The notes under the pieces were generated by a model. The model was given only the letters and a program-made list of their open reading frames with translations. It searched no databases and had not been told where the DNA came from. This document shows positions 21,611-33,109 of a DNA stretch of 64,000 nucleotides, piece by piece (position 1 is the first letter of the stretch; each line of letters opens with the position of its first letter). Source of the DNA: an uncultured archaeon (lineage in GTDB: Archaea > Thermoproteota > Bathyarchaeia > Bathyarchaeales > Bathycorpusculaceae); contig CAWALK010000020.1 in NCBI GenBank assembly GCA_963782915.1, forward strand, positions 352,001 through 416,000, given 5' to 3'. The translations under genes were made by a program, and so were the position numbers.

Positions 21611-22396
21611 ATGGCAAGCGACGAAAACACCGAACTATTGCTCGGTTTAGGTTTAACCCTTAACCAAGCAAAGATTTACTTGGCGGTTATTAAACTCGAA
21701 AAAACAACAGTGGGTCAAGTCGCAAACTTTTCGAAAGTACGCAGAGAAGACGTATATAGAATTCTGCCATCACTTGAAAAAATGGGCCTGATTGAAAGGT
21801 TGCTTGGTAAACCAACTGAAATCAGGGCAACCCGAATTTCGGATGCTTTAAGCCTCTTGGTTGCCGAAGAAAAAGGCAAATATGACGAGCGACTTGTGGG
21901 TATGAGGGGTATAGTCCAAAAGTTATCCCTTCAAGACTGGAAGCAGCAACTTCCTAAAGAGGAAAGCATCTACATACTGATAGCAGAAAAGAAATCAATT
22001 TTATCTAAAACTTCCGATTTGATCACTAATTCTAAAAAAGAAGTCGCTTTGATTGCAGACAAAGGAAGGCTGATGCCCGTTTTGTTTCAGTTTTCAGATG
22101 AGTACACCCGGGCGATAAAGAACGGTACCGTAATTCGGCTGCTTTTTGAAGGAGAGAACCCAGATGCTTTGCTTAAAGAAAAAGTGGAAAAAATCATCGG
22201 TACTGCTTCAGTTCAAATCAAGTTCCATCGTGAACCACTAAACCACTTTATAATGTCTGACGACAAAGAAGCATTGATTACCACATCCAAAGAAAGCGGA
22301 TTAGGAGAAAGCCCATCATTGTGGACAAACAACAGCAACCTAATTGGTGTGCTAAGAACAAGTTTTGAATCGGACTGGGAAAAAGCGGAAAGCTAA
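21611..22396 (+). CDS. TrmB-family transcriptional regulator
   Basis: LGLTLNQAKIYLA...VYRILPSLEKMGLIE wHTH; PLD-like effector domain (FIMSDDKEALI). Confidence 0.88.
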   Translation: MASDENTELLLGLGLTLNQAKIYLAVIKLEKTTVGQVANFSKVRREDVYRILPSLEKMGLIERLLGKPTEIRATRISDALSLLVAEEKGKYDERLVGMRGIVQKLSLQDWKQQLPKEESIYILIAEKKSILSKTSDLITNSKKEVALIADKGRLMPVLFQFSDEYTRAIKNGTVIRLLFEGENPDALLKEKVEKIIGTASVQIKFHREPLNHFIMSDDKEALITTSKESGLGESPSLWTNNSNLIGVLRTSFESDWEKAES

Positions 22397-22472
22397 TCCG
22401 AGACTCTACTTTCTCCTATAATTTCAAATTAGCCCTTTTACGTGTAGCTATTAACTGTTAACTCGCCATCCC

Positions 22473-22507
22473 GTTACTGGGGCTCCCCAGTCACACAGTT
22501 ACTTATT
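22473..22507 (+). promoter_or_regulatory. Palindromic form of the promoter element
   Basis: GTTACTGGGG-CT-CCCCAGTCACACAG followed by TTACTTATT. Confidence 0.65.
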
Positions 22508-22569
22508 GTAAGAACAACTATGGTATACTAAGATAAGATTTGAAATTGTTTTTGAAGAGATGAAAATTT

Positions 22570-23579
22570 ATGGCAGATATATTTGATATTGCTGTTGAAG
22601 CCGGGGGCTTCACAAAATTTGGCGCTGCAGTACAAGCGGCAGGATTAGTTGAAACATTGAAACGCAAAGGACCGTTTACCATTTTTACGCCAAATGATGA
22701 AGCCTTTGCAAAGCTTCCTGCAGGTACAGTCGATGGATTATTGAAGAATATTCCAAAACTTAGGGCGATTTTGATGTACCATATTGTTATAGGAAAGTTC
22801 ACGGTTGACGAAATAGGTCAACTGAAGAGCATGAAAACTTTCCAAGGCCAAGAAGTAAAGATTGACGCCGCCCATTGGTGACAATTCTCACTGGAACCCA
22901 TTAATCAATGAGAGAACACATCGTAAACACAGACGTTGTAACAGACAACGGAATTATACACGTTTTGAACGGCGTACTTATGCCAAATATGGAGCTTACT
23001 TGTCCTGTATGTGGAATGGGCTTCATGACAATGGATGAAATGAGTGCTCATACAAAGAAGGGCCACGTAACTGATAAAGTTCCGGAACCAATGCCACCAG
23101 TTGAAGTGCAAAAACTTGAACCATTGCCACCGACTGAAGTAATAACACAACCCATGCCTGAAGCCACAACAGGAGTTTTTGAGATCATATGCGATTCTGT
23201 TGGTACCTTCCGTTTCCATCTAAAAGCTGCTAACGGACAGATAATTGCTGTAAGCCAATCCTATGGAACAAAAGAGTCAGCTCTAAAAGGCATTGCTTCA
23301 ATAAAGAAAAACGCTCCAATAGCTGAGACTGCTGATTTAACACCTGGCGTGACTATACCAGAATCCACGCATAAACCTGGGATTGTCCAAGACACTGTTT
23401 TCGAAATTCAATTCAACGCTCCAGACAGATTCCGTTTCCATCTAAAAGCTGCTAACGGACAAATAATTGCTGTAAGCCAATCTTACCTATCCAAACAGTC
23501 AGCTGAAAATGGCATAGCATCAGTGAAGGCGAATGCTCCAATGGCAAAGATCATCGATCAAACCGTTGCAGTAACCTAA
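22570..23579 (+). CDS. Fasciclin (FAS1) + C2H2-like zinc finger + tandem DUF1508/YegP domains (indels at ~22880-22910)
   Basis: GPFTIFTPNDEAFAKLP and DNGIIHVLNGVLMP (FAS1); CPVC..H; two FRFHLKAANGQIIAVSQSY repeats. Confidence 0.8.
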
Positions 23580-23635
23580 ACCCAACTTTCCTTTTTTTTA
23601 ATTTAGTCAGAACTGAGTCACTCAACAGAATGTCG

Positions 23636-23664
23636 GTGTGGGCTCCCAGTCACACGCGTTTAAC
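23636..23664 (+). promoter_or_regulatory. CAGTCACAC element + TATA-like box
   Basis: GTGTGGGCTCCCAGTCACACGC-GTTTAAC. Confidence 0.6.
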
Positions 23665-23731
23665 TTAGCCAATGACCGCTTATATGGTAGCCTAAAATTA
23701 TGTGTTTTAAATTAGACAGGATAGATAGATA

Positions 23732-24023
23732 ATGAGAACTAAAGAATTTATTAGATAGAAGCGTTTTTGCCCTAGACGAGAAAATCGGAACAGTAAAAGG
23801 CATTGAAGTAGATCCAGAAGAATGGAAAATAACCCATCTTGAACTCGAATTGAATAAAGAAATAGCTGAATCGGTTCTTGGAGTAAAGAAAGGTGGAGTG
23901 CGAAACATGTTGGCCGTTTCATCCCTAGAGAAAGGAGTCGCCCGCTGGACCGACAATGGGTTGCACTTGAAAGTGTCAAAAGATCAACTCCACATGTACC
24001 TGAGACCAGTAGTTAAGACTTAG
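23732..24023 (+). CDS. PRC-barrel domain protein (indel near start; absent from ORF track)
   Basis: Manual translation MRTKE..LDRSVFALDEKIGTVKGIEVDPEEWKITHLEL... Confidence 0.7.
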
Positions 24024-24037
24024 CTGAGGCGATTGCC

Positions 24038-24196
24038 ATGAATACTTGGTTGACTATCGCCCTCATTGTTGTGATACTCTGGTTAGTTGGCTTCTTTGCA
24101 TTACCAGGCGTAGGTGCACTGATACATATTCTGCTCGTGATCGCTGTAATCTTGGTAGTGGTTTGGTTGTTGACCGGCAAAAAGCTGTGGAAATAA
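24038..24196 (+). CDS. lmo0937-family small membrane protein
   Basis: Manual translation MNTWLTIALIVVILWLVGFFALPGVGALIHILLVIAVILVVVWLLTGKK.. Confidence 0.75.
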   Translation: MNTWLTIALIVVILWLVGFFALPGVGALIHILLVIAVILVVVWLLTGKKLWK

Positions 24197-24379
24197 CCCA
24201 TTCCTTTTTTTGTTTAAAAATATCTGAGAAATAAAAAAAATCATATAACGTACACCGTTAAGAACAAAATGGAAGGCTATAAGTTGCGAGAGAACGTTAA
24301 GTTTAAAGGAAACGCAAGACTAACTTTACTGAAAAACAACACTCGTTTTATAGATCTCAGACTTTAGCGGGTCTCAAGC

Positions 24380-25441
24380 ATGAAACAGGTTTCTAATAAC
24401 TCTCATTTAGAAAAAAATTCCCCCCATCTCTCGGACAACCTGCGGATGGGCTTTAGGATTTACAATGGGTTAGTCTCAAATTTGTTGGGCGTTAGGGTTC
24501 CTTTTTTCTGCGGATTGCTAGGTGTTAGGGTTCCTTTTTTCTGCGGCCATAAACTGACCTATAATTGTAATCTGCGTTGTAAAATGTGCCCCTTTTGGAA
24601 ACGCCATAGCCCCGACTCGAGTTTAGACCAAGAAAAAGCAATCCTGAAGCAAATTTACAATTCGGGCGCTTGCGGAGTAGCCTTTGAAGGTGGCGAACCA
24701 CTCCTCAGACAGGATCTGGTGGAGATTCTTGCTTATTCCCGCTCTTTGCCCTTGCATACGAGCTTGATCACTAACGGAACACTACTTGAATCACGAATAG
24801 ACGAGATAGCTCCCTACATTAACGGCGTCGTCTACGTTTCGTTGGATGGGCTGGAAAAAACCCATGATGCCATAAGAGGCGTAGCTGGAAGCTTCAGAAA
24901 AGCCGTAGCTGGCATAAATGCGGCCAAAGAAAAAGTTCCTGTAACCATCAACACTACCATAATGGCTGAAAACGTTGATGAGATCGAAAGCTTGGTGGAG
25001 CTAGCCAAAGAGTTGGGGACAAAAATATCGGTCGCTGTCGCCCACGAATACTGCAACGCCAACTCATCTTCACCTGCCAATGGGAGAATACCGAAAATAG
25101 CGCGTCGGCTTATTGAAATGAAGCGGGCAGGTTATCCCTTTGCCAACTCCATGGGTTATCTTAAGGTGATGGCTAAAGAGAAAAATTGGCAATGCAAACC
25201 CTGGACGATGATAAACATTGACCCAAACGGAAAAGTGGTTTTGCCTTGCTATGTCCACAACGATTACACAAGTAGCCTCTCCATTTTTGAGAATGGCATT
25301 AAGGGCGCAGTTTCAGGGTTTGATTGGACAAAAATAGAAAACTGTCAAAAATGCAGTTTGCACTGTTATGTTGAGCCATCGTTGGTGCTTTCAAGAGATA
25401 TTAGCGCGTACATGCATTGGGCGTTTCATGTCAGCATCTAA
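24380..25441 (+). CDS. Radical SAM protein with SPASM/twitch-like C-terminus (PTO1314-like)
   Basis: CNLRCKMC, GGEPLL, TNG, VSLDG; C-terminal C..PC..CQKCSLHC. Confidence 0.88.
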   Translation: MKQVSNNSHLEKNSPHLSDNLRMGFRIYNGLVSNLLGVRVPFFCGLLGVRVPFFCGHKLTYNCNLRCKMCPFWKRHSPDSSLDQEKAILKQIYNSGACGVAFEGGEPLLRQDLVEILAYSRSLPLHTSLITNGTLLESRIDEIAPYINGVVYVSLDGLEKTHDAIRGVAGSFRKAVAGINAAKEKVPVTINTTIMAENVDEIESLVELAKELGTKISVAVAHEYCNANSSSPANGRIPKIARRLIEMKRAGYPFANSMGYLKVMAKEKNWQCKPWTMINIDPNGKVVLPCYVHNDYTSSLSIFENGIKGAVSGFDWTKIENCQKCSLHCYVEPSLVLSRDISAYMHWAFHVSI

Positions 25442-26251
25442 AATTCTAAAAGTTCCCCTGATGATGCTACCTTACGGTTACGTCACCTATCTCAGCCTTC
25501 GCCCTTTCAGCAAAAATTAGTCTGTTTTTATGGGTCCCTGCGGAATAGGCTGTTTTCCTGGTTTTGGCTGAGGCGGAGGTGGTGGAGGAACTTGACTCTT
25601 AATTTTGCTCATTTTAACCAACCAACCTGCACATGTTCTGTGTGCACAATAACTGGAATGTATGGACAAATCAAGTTAGCGATGAAAAGTAAACACGTTT
25701 TTATTTGATCAAACAGTGAAAATATGGAAGGTCGAGAGAGGAAGGTTAACTTAAAAGCAAGCGGAAATTCAGGAAGAGAGAGGGGGAAACACTTTGCCTG
25801 CTTTTAAGCTAACCTTTTACCTAATCTTATTATTGGCTCTTGAACCATAAATAACAATGTGACTGCACCAATACAACAACAATTAGTCGGATATCAGCGC
25901 AAAAAGTGGTGTTAGGCGGATTCAGCCGCGTGCTATATGCTGAGCGGACACAAAAATGTTGGACCCATGCCCACTCGACATTAGCAGCCGGACCCGCCCA
26001 ACCTGTCGGGCACCATACACGCTTTTCCACACAAGACACTCTATTTCCGAAATAGCATAAAAGATGATGTGGGTTCATTGGTGTAGTAACAAAGCGATAA
26101 ATCAGCGATGACTTTTGCCAATTGGTGTCCACTCAATCATGAGATTACCTGACAATGAATTTTGGCCAACACTTTGATAAAAAAAGAAAAAGGTAGAATG
26201 GTAAAAAATGTTGGGTTATGATTACCAAGGGTTTTCAATTTTTCGAGTGCT

Positions 26252-26422
26252 TTAAGCTTTTGTAGATTTAGAGACGTCACTTTTCGCTGTCGCTTTTACC
26301 TGTTTCATCGGTTTCTCACAGCACGTAATTTGGCATCCTTCACCGCATTCACATGGATTCTCAACCAGAATTACTAACCCGCAGTCTTCGCATTCGTATT
26401 GTTCACCTTTCTTTTTAACCAA
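26252..26422 (-). CDS. 56-aa desulforedoxin-like Cys-rich microprotein
   Basis: Manual translation MVKKKGEQYECEDCGLVILVENPCECGEGCQITCCEKPMKQV..; GAAGGTGA upstream. Confidence 0.7.
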   Translation of the reverse strand: MVKKKGEQYECEDCGLVILVENPCECGEGCQITCCEKPMKQVKATAKSDVSKSTKA

Positions 26423-26725
26423 AAAATCACCTTCTAAAAAGCAGCTAATTACTATTTATTTTCAAAAAATATAAGAATTTCTAAAGGCGCTGCCAAAAGA
26501 AGCACTTCCCGCCCCATAGGCGGCTTGAGTGATTCTTGTCTTTCAATTTCATTTTAGGACGAAATCCAGACTTTGTTTTTTTAGCGGAAATGACGTAGCG
26601 CTATCTTGTTTTAACAATAAATCCTCAACTGATACTCGCATAAGCAACAAATTAGCGCCAAAAAAATTGCATAACAAACGCTTTTATGCCGCGTTCTACA
26701 TAGTGCTATATTGGTCGTATTTCTT

Positions 26726-26995
26726 ATGGAGCGCAATCAAGCAATTAGCTACGTTAACGAAATTAAAGATGCCTGCGAAACGTTATCTCAGGGGGATATG
26801 CAGTTGATTGAAATAAAAACCAATGTTCAATTCGCCGTCGGCTATACCATTCTAATCAAATCTTTTCTAACCAGTGTCTGCAAACGCCAAGTAATCAGCA
26901 TTGCCCAGAAGTACAGTTTAGCGCTGAAAGAGAAGACTGAGGGGTTAATGATTTTTCAGCCACGGTACCTCAAAAAAAGCGTTAGCTCAAGATAG
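26726..26995 (+). CDS. Hypothetical protein, paralogous to 35587-35808
   Basis: MERNQAISYVNEI...IAQKYSLALKEK..GLMIFQP vs MQKGEAAACLKAI...IAKEHCLEVKEE.GYVIMFTP. Confidence 0.55.
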   Translation: MERNQAISYVNEIKDACETLSQGDMQLIEIKTNVQFAVGYTILIKSFLTSVCKRQVISIAQKYSLALKEKTEGLMIFQPRYLKKSVSSR

Positions 26996-27130
26996 GTAAC
27001 AAGGTTGATTCTTCGTTAAACCAAAAGATGGTATCGAGCATTTCTTAGTTTGTTGCCAAGGTACAATCACATATTCTTATGAGTTAACTTGAGACCATCT
27101 TTTTGTGCGCTCTGTTTGGAGGTGAATGTT

Positions 27131-27286
27131 TTGTCAAAACGTATACGCTCAGACCGACCTGCCATGGAGCCGAAGATGACTTCTGATGGCAAATTTGTCT
27201 GTGAAGCCGACAACCGCACTTTCGACAGCAGAGACGATTTTGATAGGCACTGTTCGCAGGCTCATATGAGCAGCAAAAGCTGGTAG
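27131..27286 (+). CDS. Small C2H2-like zinc-finger protein
   Basis: FVCEADNRTFDSRDDFDRHCSQAH; GGAGGTGA Shine-Dalgarno. Confidence 0.55.
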   Translation: MSKRIRSDRPAMEPKMTSDGKFVCEADNRTFDSRDDFDRHCSQAHMSSKSW

Positions 27287-27352
27287 TCACATAAAACAAA
27301 CGATTTTATCGGACCCCTTTTTTAGGTTTATTTTTTAGAAAGCGGTGATTTT

Positions 27353-27508
27353 ATGGCGGAAAAATTCTTGTGCCCTCACTGTATAGACAACTTTTACACT
27401 GCAGAAGGTTTACTAGTTCACATCAAACTTTTGCATCCTGAATTCATGGCGTGCCTCCGAAATGTTTCCTTGGGGGCGGCATGTTACTCCCACCAACACT
27501 TAGACTAA
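27353..27508 (+). CDS. Small C2H2 zinc-finger protein
   Basis: Manual translation MAEKFLCPHCIDNFYTAEGLLVHIKLLH..; GGTGA upstream. Confidence 0.6.
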   Translation: MAEKFLCPHCIDNFYTAEGLLVHIKLLHPEFMACLRNVSLGAACYSHQHLD

Positions 27509-27569
27509 CCCTCATTTGTTTGTCCGAAAATAATCCTTGGAATAACCGTTAAAATTTTTTTGGCTATGG

Positions 27570-27705
27570 CAAACTGCGGTTTGTTGCGCAACCAGTCTGC
27601 AACCTAAACCAAACGCCAAACCCAAAACGCCACGTTCTTCACAAGCCTATTGGTTGTTGTTGTGTATAGTGGTTTTTAGCAACAACAACTATAGAAAAAA
27701 TAGAA
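27570..27705 (+). repeat. Intergenic hairpin repeat copy
   Basis: CAACCAGTCTGCAACCTAAACC; GTTGTTGTTG 27653-27662 / CAACAACAAC 27680-27689. Confidence 0.85.
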
Positions 27706-28119
27706 CAAGCGCACAATTTGTGATCAAACGCATAAGGGCAGGGCGGTGTTCGTGAGCATGAGGTATAGTTCTACGTTTAGCGTTTTTGGCGGGCGCACCT
27801 TTCATGCATCATGATTGCGGGGGAGGCGTTATTTTGGGGAAAGCGGGTGGTTTTTTATGGTTTCGCTCGCGCACTTTTTCATCTATTTTTCTTTATTCTG
27901 CGGGGGCGGCTATGGTTTCGAGTAATTTTTTGGTTTGAATCGGGTTTTTGGCTGAAAAAAACCCAAAAGTCCATGGGTTTTGGCCTGTTTGGGTGAAAAG
28001 TGCTAAATTTCAAAATGGATAGCGAAATGTTAAAAACCAAACAGTACATAGTATTATACGGCTGGATTAGACTCACGAAACGCCTTCACGGGTGTTAGTC
28101 GAGGATTTTAAGGGGTGAA

Positions 28120-28136
28120 AAGAAACCTTTATATGA
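28120..28136 (+). promoter_or_regulatory. Probable rRNA promoter (BRE + TATA)
   Basis: AAGAAACCTTTATATG about 310 nt upstream of the 16S gene. Confidence 0.5.
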
Positions 28137-28443
28137 ATAAGTGCCACCTCTATGTAAATTCAGCTACAAATTGCTAACCCCGCAATAATCACATGGCGGC
28201 GGCTCAACTCGTACCGAAACGGCGATACGCCTTACAGGGATGATGAAGTTGGCCTCCAATTGCGGGGACATATATGTAGGACCTGACTAATTGCTCAGTT
28301 AGGTCTGAATTGGGCTTTGACGTATAGAGTGGAATGTTTTCCCTCCAAATCCAGTTAAGTAATAGAATGCGAGGAAATTAGTGTACAATTCGTACCACAC
28401 AAAAAACAAATTAAGATCCGCAGAAATCAAAACGGAGTGCATA

Positions 28444-29932
<1,489 letters not shown>

Positions 29933-30240
29933 AAGTAAATAAGCATTTGAATGCTTGACTGGAGGAGCAAGGAGAACATAGAAACTCAGGTATACGTCAA
30001 AGCCCAAAATCAGCAACTTGTAGTTGAAGAAATCGGCGGGTTACAAAACAATAATTTCCCTTCTTCAATAGTAAATCAATTTTAATCAATTTTTTGTTGT
30101 TTTATTGTTAACTCTGTTTAGAGTGTTTTTGGTTTTTTATGCGTTGTTCTTGGCCTAATGGTTTTGTATAGTAAATTTAAATAAAATTCAATTAAAATAC
30201 AAGCGGATGCCAGCGTTTTCTCTAAACTGCACGCCTAATA

Positions 30241-30630
30241 TTATGGTTCACGCATCTCCGGACCTTCCGGGCCGCACAATTTATCCTCCACGATGGTTAA
30301 GAGTTCGCGCGGCTGGACCGGTTTGGTGAGGTAAGCGTCTGCGCCTTCATCAAGCGCCAAAACTCCGGTTTCAAGAGAAGGAAACCCCGTGATTATAATT
30401 TTTGAAGTATGCGCCAGTTGCCCGCGTGCTTTAGCGAGTAAATCGGTGCCATTCATGTCCGGCAACCGCAGATCCAAAAGCAACAGGTCATAGTGGCGTT
30501 TATTGGCTTTTGCAATCGCTTCTTTTCCGGTCTCAGCGGTTTCGATTTCGTATCCGCATTTGGTAAGTATGCGGCTGAACGTTCGCAGTATTGATTTGTC
30601 GTCGTCTACAACAAGGATTGATTTTTTCAT
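30241..30630 (-). CDS. Single-domain response regulator (REC)
   Basis: ILVVDDD, LLDLRLPDMNG, ITG, GADAYLTKP. Confidence 0.92.
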   Translation of the reverse strand: MKKSILVVDDDKSILRTFSRILTKCGYEIETAETGKEAIAKANKRHYDLLLLDLRLPDMNGTDLLAKARGQLAHTSKIIITGFPSLETGVLALDEGADAYLTKPVQPRELLTIVEDKLCGPEGPEMREP

Positions 30631-30891
30631 TAGCAACTATCCACTTGACAGCTACACCAGCGCTTGAAACGCGAAGGTCTGTCATCACAAATAGCATTCA
30701 AATTCTCCTAAAAACCTGTGTTGTAGCTGCTAGTATGTAACTAACTTCTAGATTCCGCAGCTTCTTTGCAGAACTGGGCCCTCTGTTTGTAGGCGCCAAA
30801 AAGCTAAAAGGCAGCCTGAATTGTCTGCGATAAGGTTTAAACCCTTAAATTATGCCCTTACAGTAAGAACTGAGTTATTCAGGTTTTAACA

Positions 30892-31239
30892 GTGAGCACG
30901 CAAATAGTCGATAGCGTTATAGAAAAGACTTACAAACTTGTTGTAAGAGCAGTTAATTTTCAAAAAGATAAACCGATCAAAAATGTTAACGTCAAAGTCT
31001 TCAAGTTAGAAAAGGAACCGATAACTGTCGAGCAATGGGCTGAGAACATTAAAAACAATGGGGCTCCATTCAAAAGGTTGATGCTCTCAAAGAATACCGA
31101 TGATAACGGCAACCTAACTGTTGAGCTTGGCGAGGGCGTTTACGAAATTCATGCCGAAAATTTAGGTCTGAATGTTTGCGATTTAAAGCAAGATGAAGAA
31201 ATTTTGTTTGTTGAACCCAAGAAGCATTGGTGGCAATAA
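30892..31239 (+). CDS. Hypothetical protein with prealbumin/carboxypeptidase-regulatory-like beta fold
   Basis: KPIKNVNVKV...TDDNGN....L..GVYEI pattern. Confidence 0.55.
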   Translation: MSTQIVDSVIEKTYKLVVRAVNFQKDKPIKNVNVKVFKLEKEPITVEQWAENIKNNGAPFKRLMLSKNTDDNGNLTVELGEGVYEIHAENLGLNVCDLKQDEEILFVEPKKHWWQ

Positions 31240-31321
31240 ACCTTCAACAGCGGATAATCCCGCCTAACTCCTTTGCATATTAAGAAAAAAAGAGTCAATA
31301 TCTACAGGCGAGGTTGCTTGT

Positions 31322-31475
31322 GCGTAGACCCCCTCCCTTATTTATAGTCTGAGCGTCTGTTGGATTGCAGCTTTGGGGGTTGAACATTCATTGGAAAAGA
31401 TAGGTTGATGTTTTAGGCTTGTGGGGTTCTGTGTTGTATTTGTCTGCAACTGTTTTGGTTCGGGCGTTTTTATCT
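31322..31475 (-). repeat. Modular repeat, C/A-rich + TATA/G-tract modules (reverse orientation)
   Basis: Reverse complement AAAACAGTTGCAGACAAA..CACAGAACC...CTATAAATAAGGGAGGGGGTCTAC resembles 6620-6755. Confidence 0.7.
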
Positions 31476-31759
31476 GTTTGGTTATGCTTGTGTATACAGA
31501 AACCACGCGCTTCGGTATCTTCCAAGCCACAAAATTGTAGGCTGAGAACCCTGAGGCAGAAATAAAGGAAAACAAGGGGAAATGAAACCCTCATTTTGGC
31601 GCTATGTAAATTTACCCCAGAGCCTACTCAGCCCACAAAACCCAATAAACCAGCATAGGCTATTTGAGGGTGTGTTGGTGGCGCAAGAGACAACTGACTG
31701 AAAAATTCTCCACGTGGGACAGCGAAAGTCTACTTAGTAAAGCGCTTGTTGCTCTGCTA

Positions 31760-31782
31760 TACCTACCCCCCTCTATATAAAG
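31760..31782 (-). repeat. Isolated TATA/G-tract module
   Basis: Reverse complement TTTATATAGAGGGGGGTAGGT. Confidence 0.6.
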
Positions 31783-31788
31783 CGTCAA

Positions 31789-32550
31789 TTAGATGCTGCT
31801 GTAGTAATCCCCTTTGATGGATTTGGGGTCAATAAAGTAAACAAACGGGGAGCCGCCATAAACAGTCGTCGCATTCACAGTAACCACTCTTCCCTCATGC
31901 ACCAAATAGGGCTTCGTGGCTGCCAACTGAGGCTGATGGCTCCTGATAATTCTCCCCACCCCCAGCGCCTTGCATACAGCCTCCGAAACGTCAGCGCCGA
32001 ATTCAACGCCTGCACCGCGGCTATAGTTCGGGTCCTCGCCGACTCCGTCGAAGGGGTCAGACCACAACAAATCCGCCATGAGTTCCTCGGAGGGTGCTTT
32101 GAGGTCGTCGATTCATGTGAGTTTGCTTGAGACTCCGCCGTGAACCAGGAGCGCATTGTTGGGGATCAGGGCGCACAGCGGCAGGGTGTCGATGAAGGGT
32201 TTGAGTTCATTTCGGAAGTAGGTTTGCCAGCTTCCAGTTTTGGCTTGGGCTTCGTTGATTAGTGTGCATGGGTTAAAGTTGGGTTCGCCTGATTCGGTGA
32301 AGTCCTCATGGTTGCCCATTAATGCAACGACATTTTTGGGGTGCTCCTTCCTCAACTCGGCGACGGTTCGGATAACCTCAACGCCAGCTGGGCCACGGTC
32401 AGCGTAATCCCCCAAAAACACCAACAAATCCCCATCTAAATCAACAAGTTCAAGCAGAGCCACCAACGACTTGTAATCGCCATGCAAGTCGCCTACTACA
32501 TCGACCCTGCCAAAGTTCTGAGGCTCAATAATAAACAACGAAGACTTCAA
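31789..32550 (-). CDS. PPP-family Ser/Thr protein phosphatase (metallophosphoesterase), frameshift ~32110
   Basis: GDLHG, GDYADRG, GNHE, HGG, DLLWSDP, IIRSHQ. Confidence 0.9.
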
Positions 32551-32761
32551 CGACTAACACAACAGCAACAAAATACACAAACAAACAAAAAAAAGTATTT
32601 CGGCTAAAAGATAGAGTTGATTTAGGTAAATTCTTTTCTTTAAACATTACCCGCCCTATGATGGTTGTTATGGCGAAGTAGCTGACAATTATGGCTTCGA
32701 GTGAAAAGTTATGGGGGGTGTCTGAGGTTTGTTGCTATCTACCTAAGAACGTTGGGTTACC

Positions 32762-32944
32762 ATGTTTTGCCGCCGCCCGCCGCCGTATGCGCAGCCATGC
32801 AATGCCGATCATAATCTTCCTCGTTATCAAAAGCTGCATTGTCGACTGTGCAGACGTATTTGCCGTCAGCGGTTACTTTGGGTGGGGGCATGCTTATGCG
32901 TTCATTCTGAGACAAAAATAGTTCACCTCAAAAATGATGGGTGA
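32762..32944 (+). CDS. Small Cys-rich putative zinc-binding protein
   Basis: CRLCRRIC...CLC. Confidence 0.35.
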   Translation: MFCRRPPPYAQPCNADHNLPRYQKLHCRLCRRICRQRLLWVGACLCVHSETKIVHLKNDG

Positions 32945-33109
32945 AGAGTTAACATAAGAGTATGTGGTTGCATTGAACCAACCAACTTGAATTGGCTAAG
33001 TAGGTTATCCAAGATGCTTCCCAAACCATAAAAACAGCTGATGTCACAGTATCGCTATCACATAGTCTTAATTTTTTAAACCCCACCTTGCTGATGGAGA
33101 GTTTTTTAG

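Noticed and set aside
22879-22881. TGA inside the fasciclin gene as selenocysteine or readthrough
   Set aside because: The downstream part is in a different frame and the position is not a conserved Cys; it is a local indel cluster.
25830-26172. Decayed radical-SAM-like fragment (LCGKACMV..GC.CRVG) on the minus strand
   Set aside because: It has multiple stops and too little similarity to support without a search.
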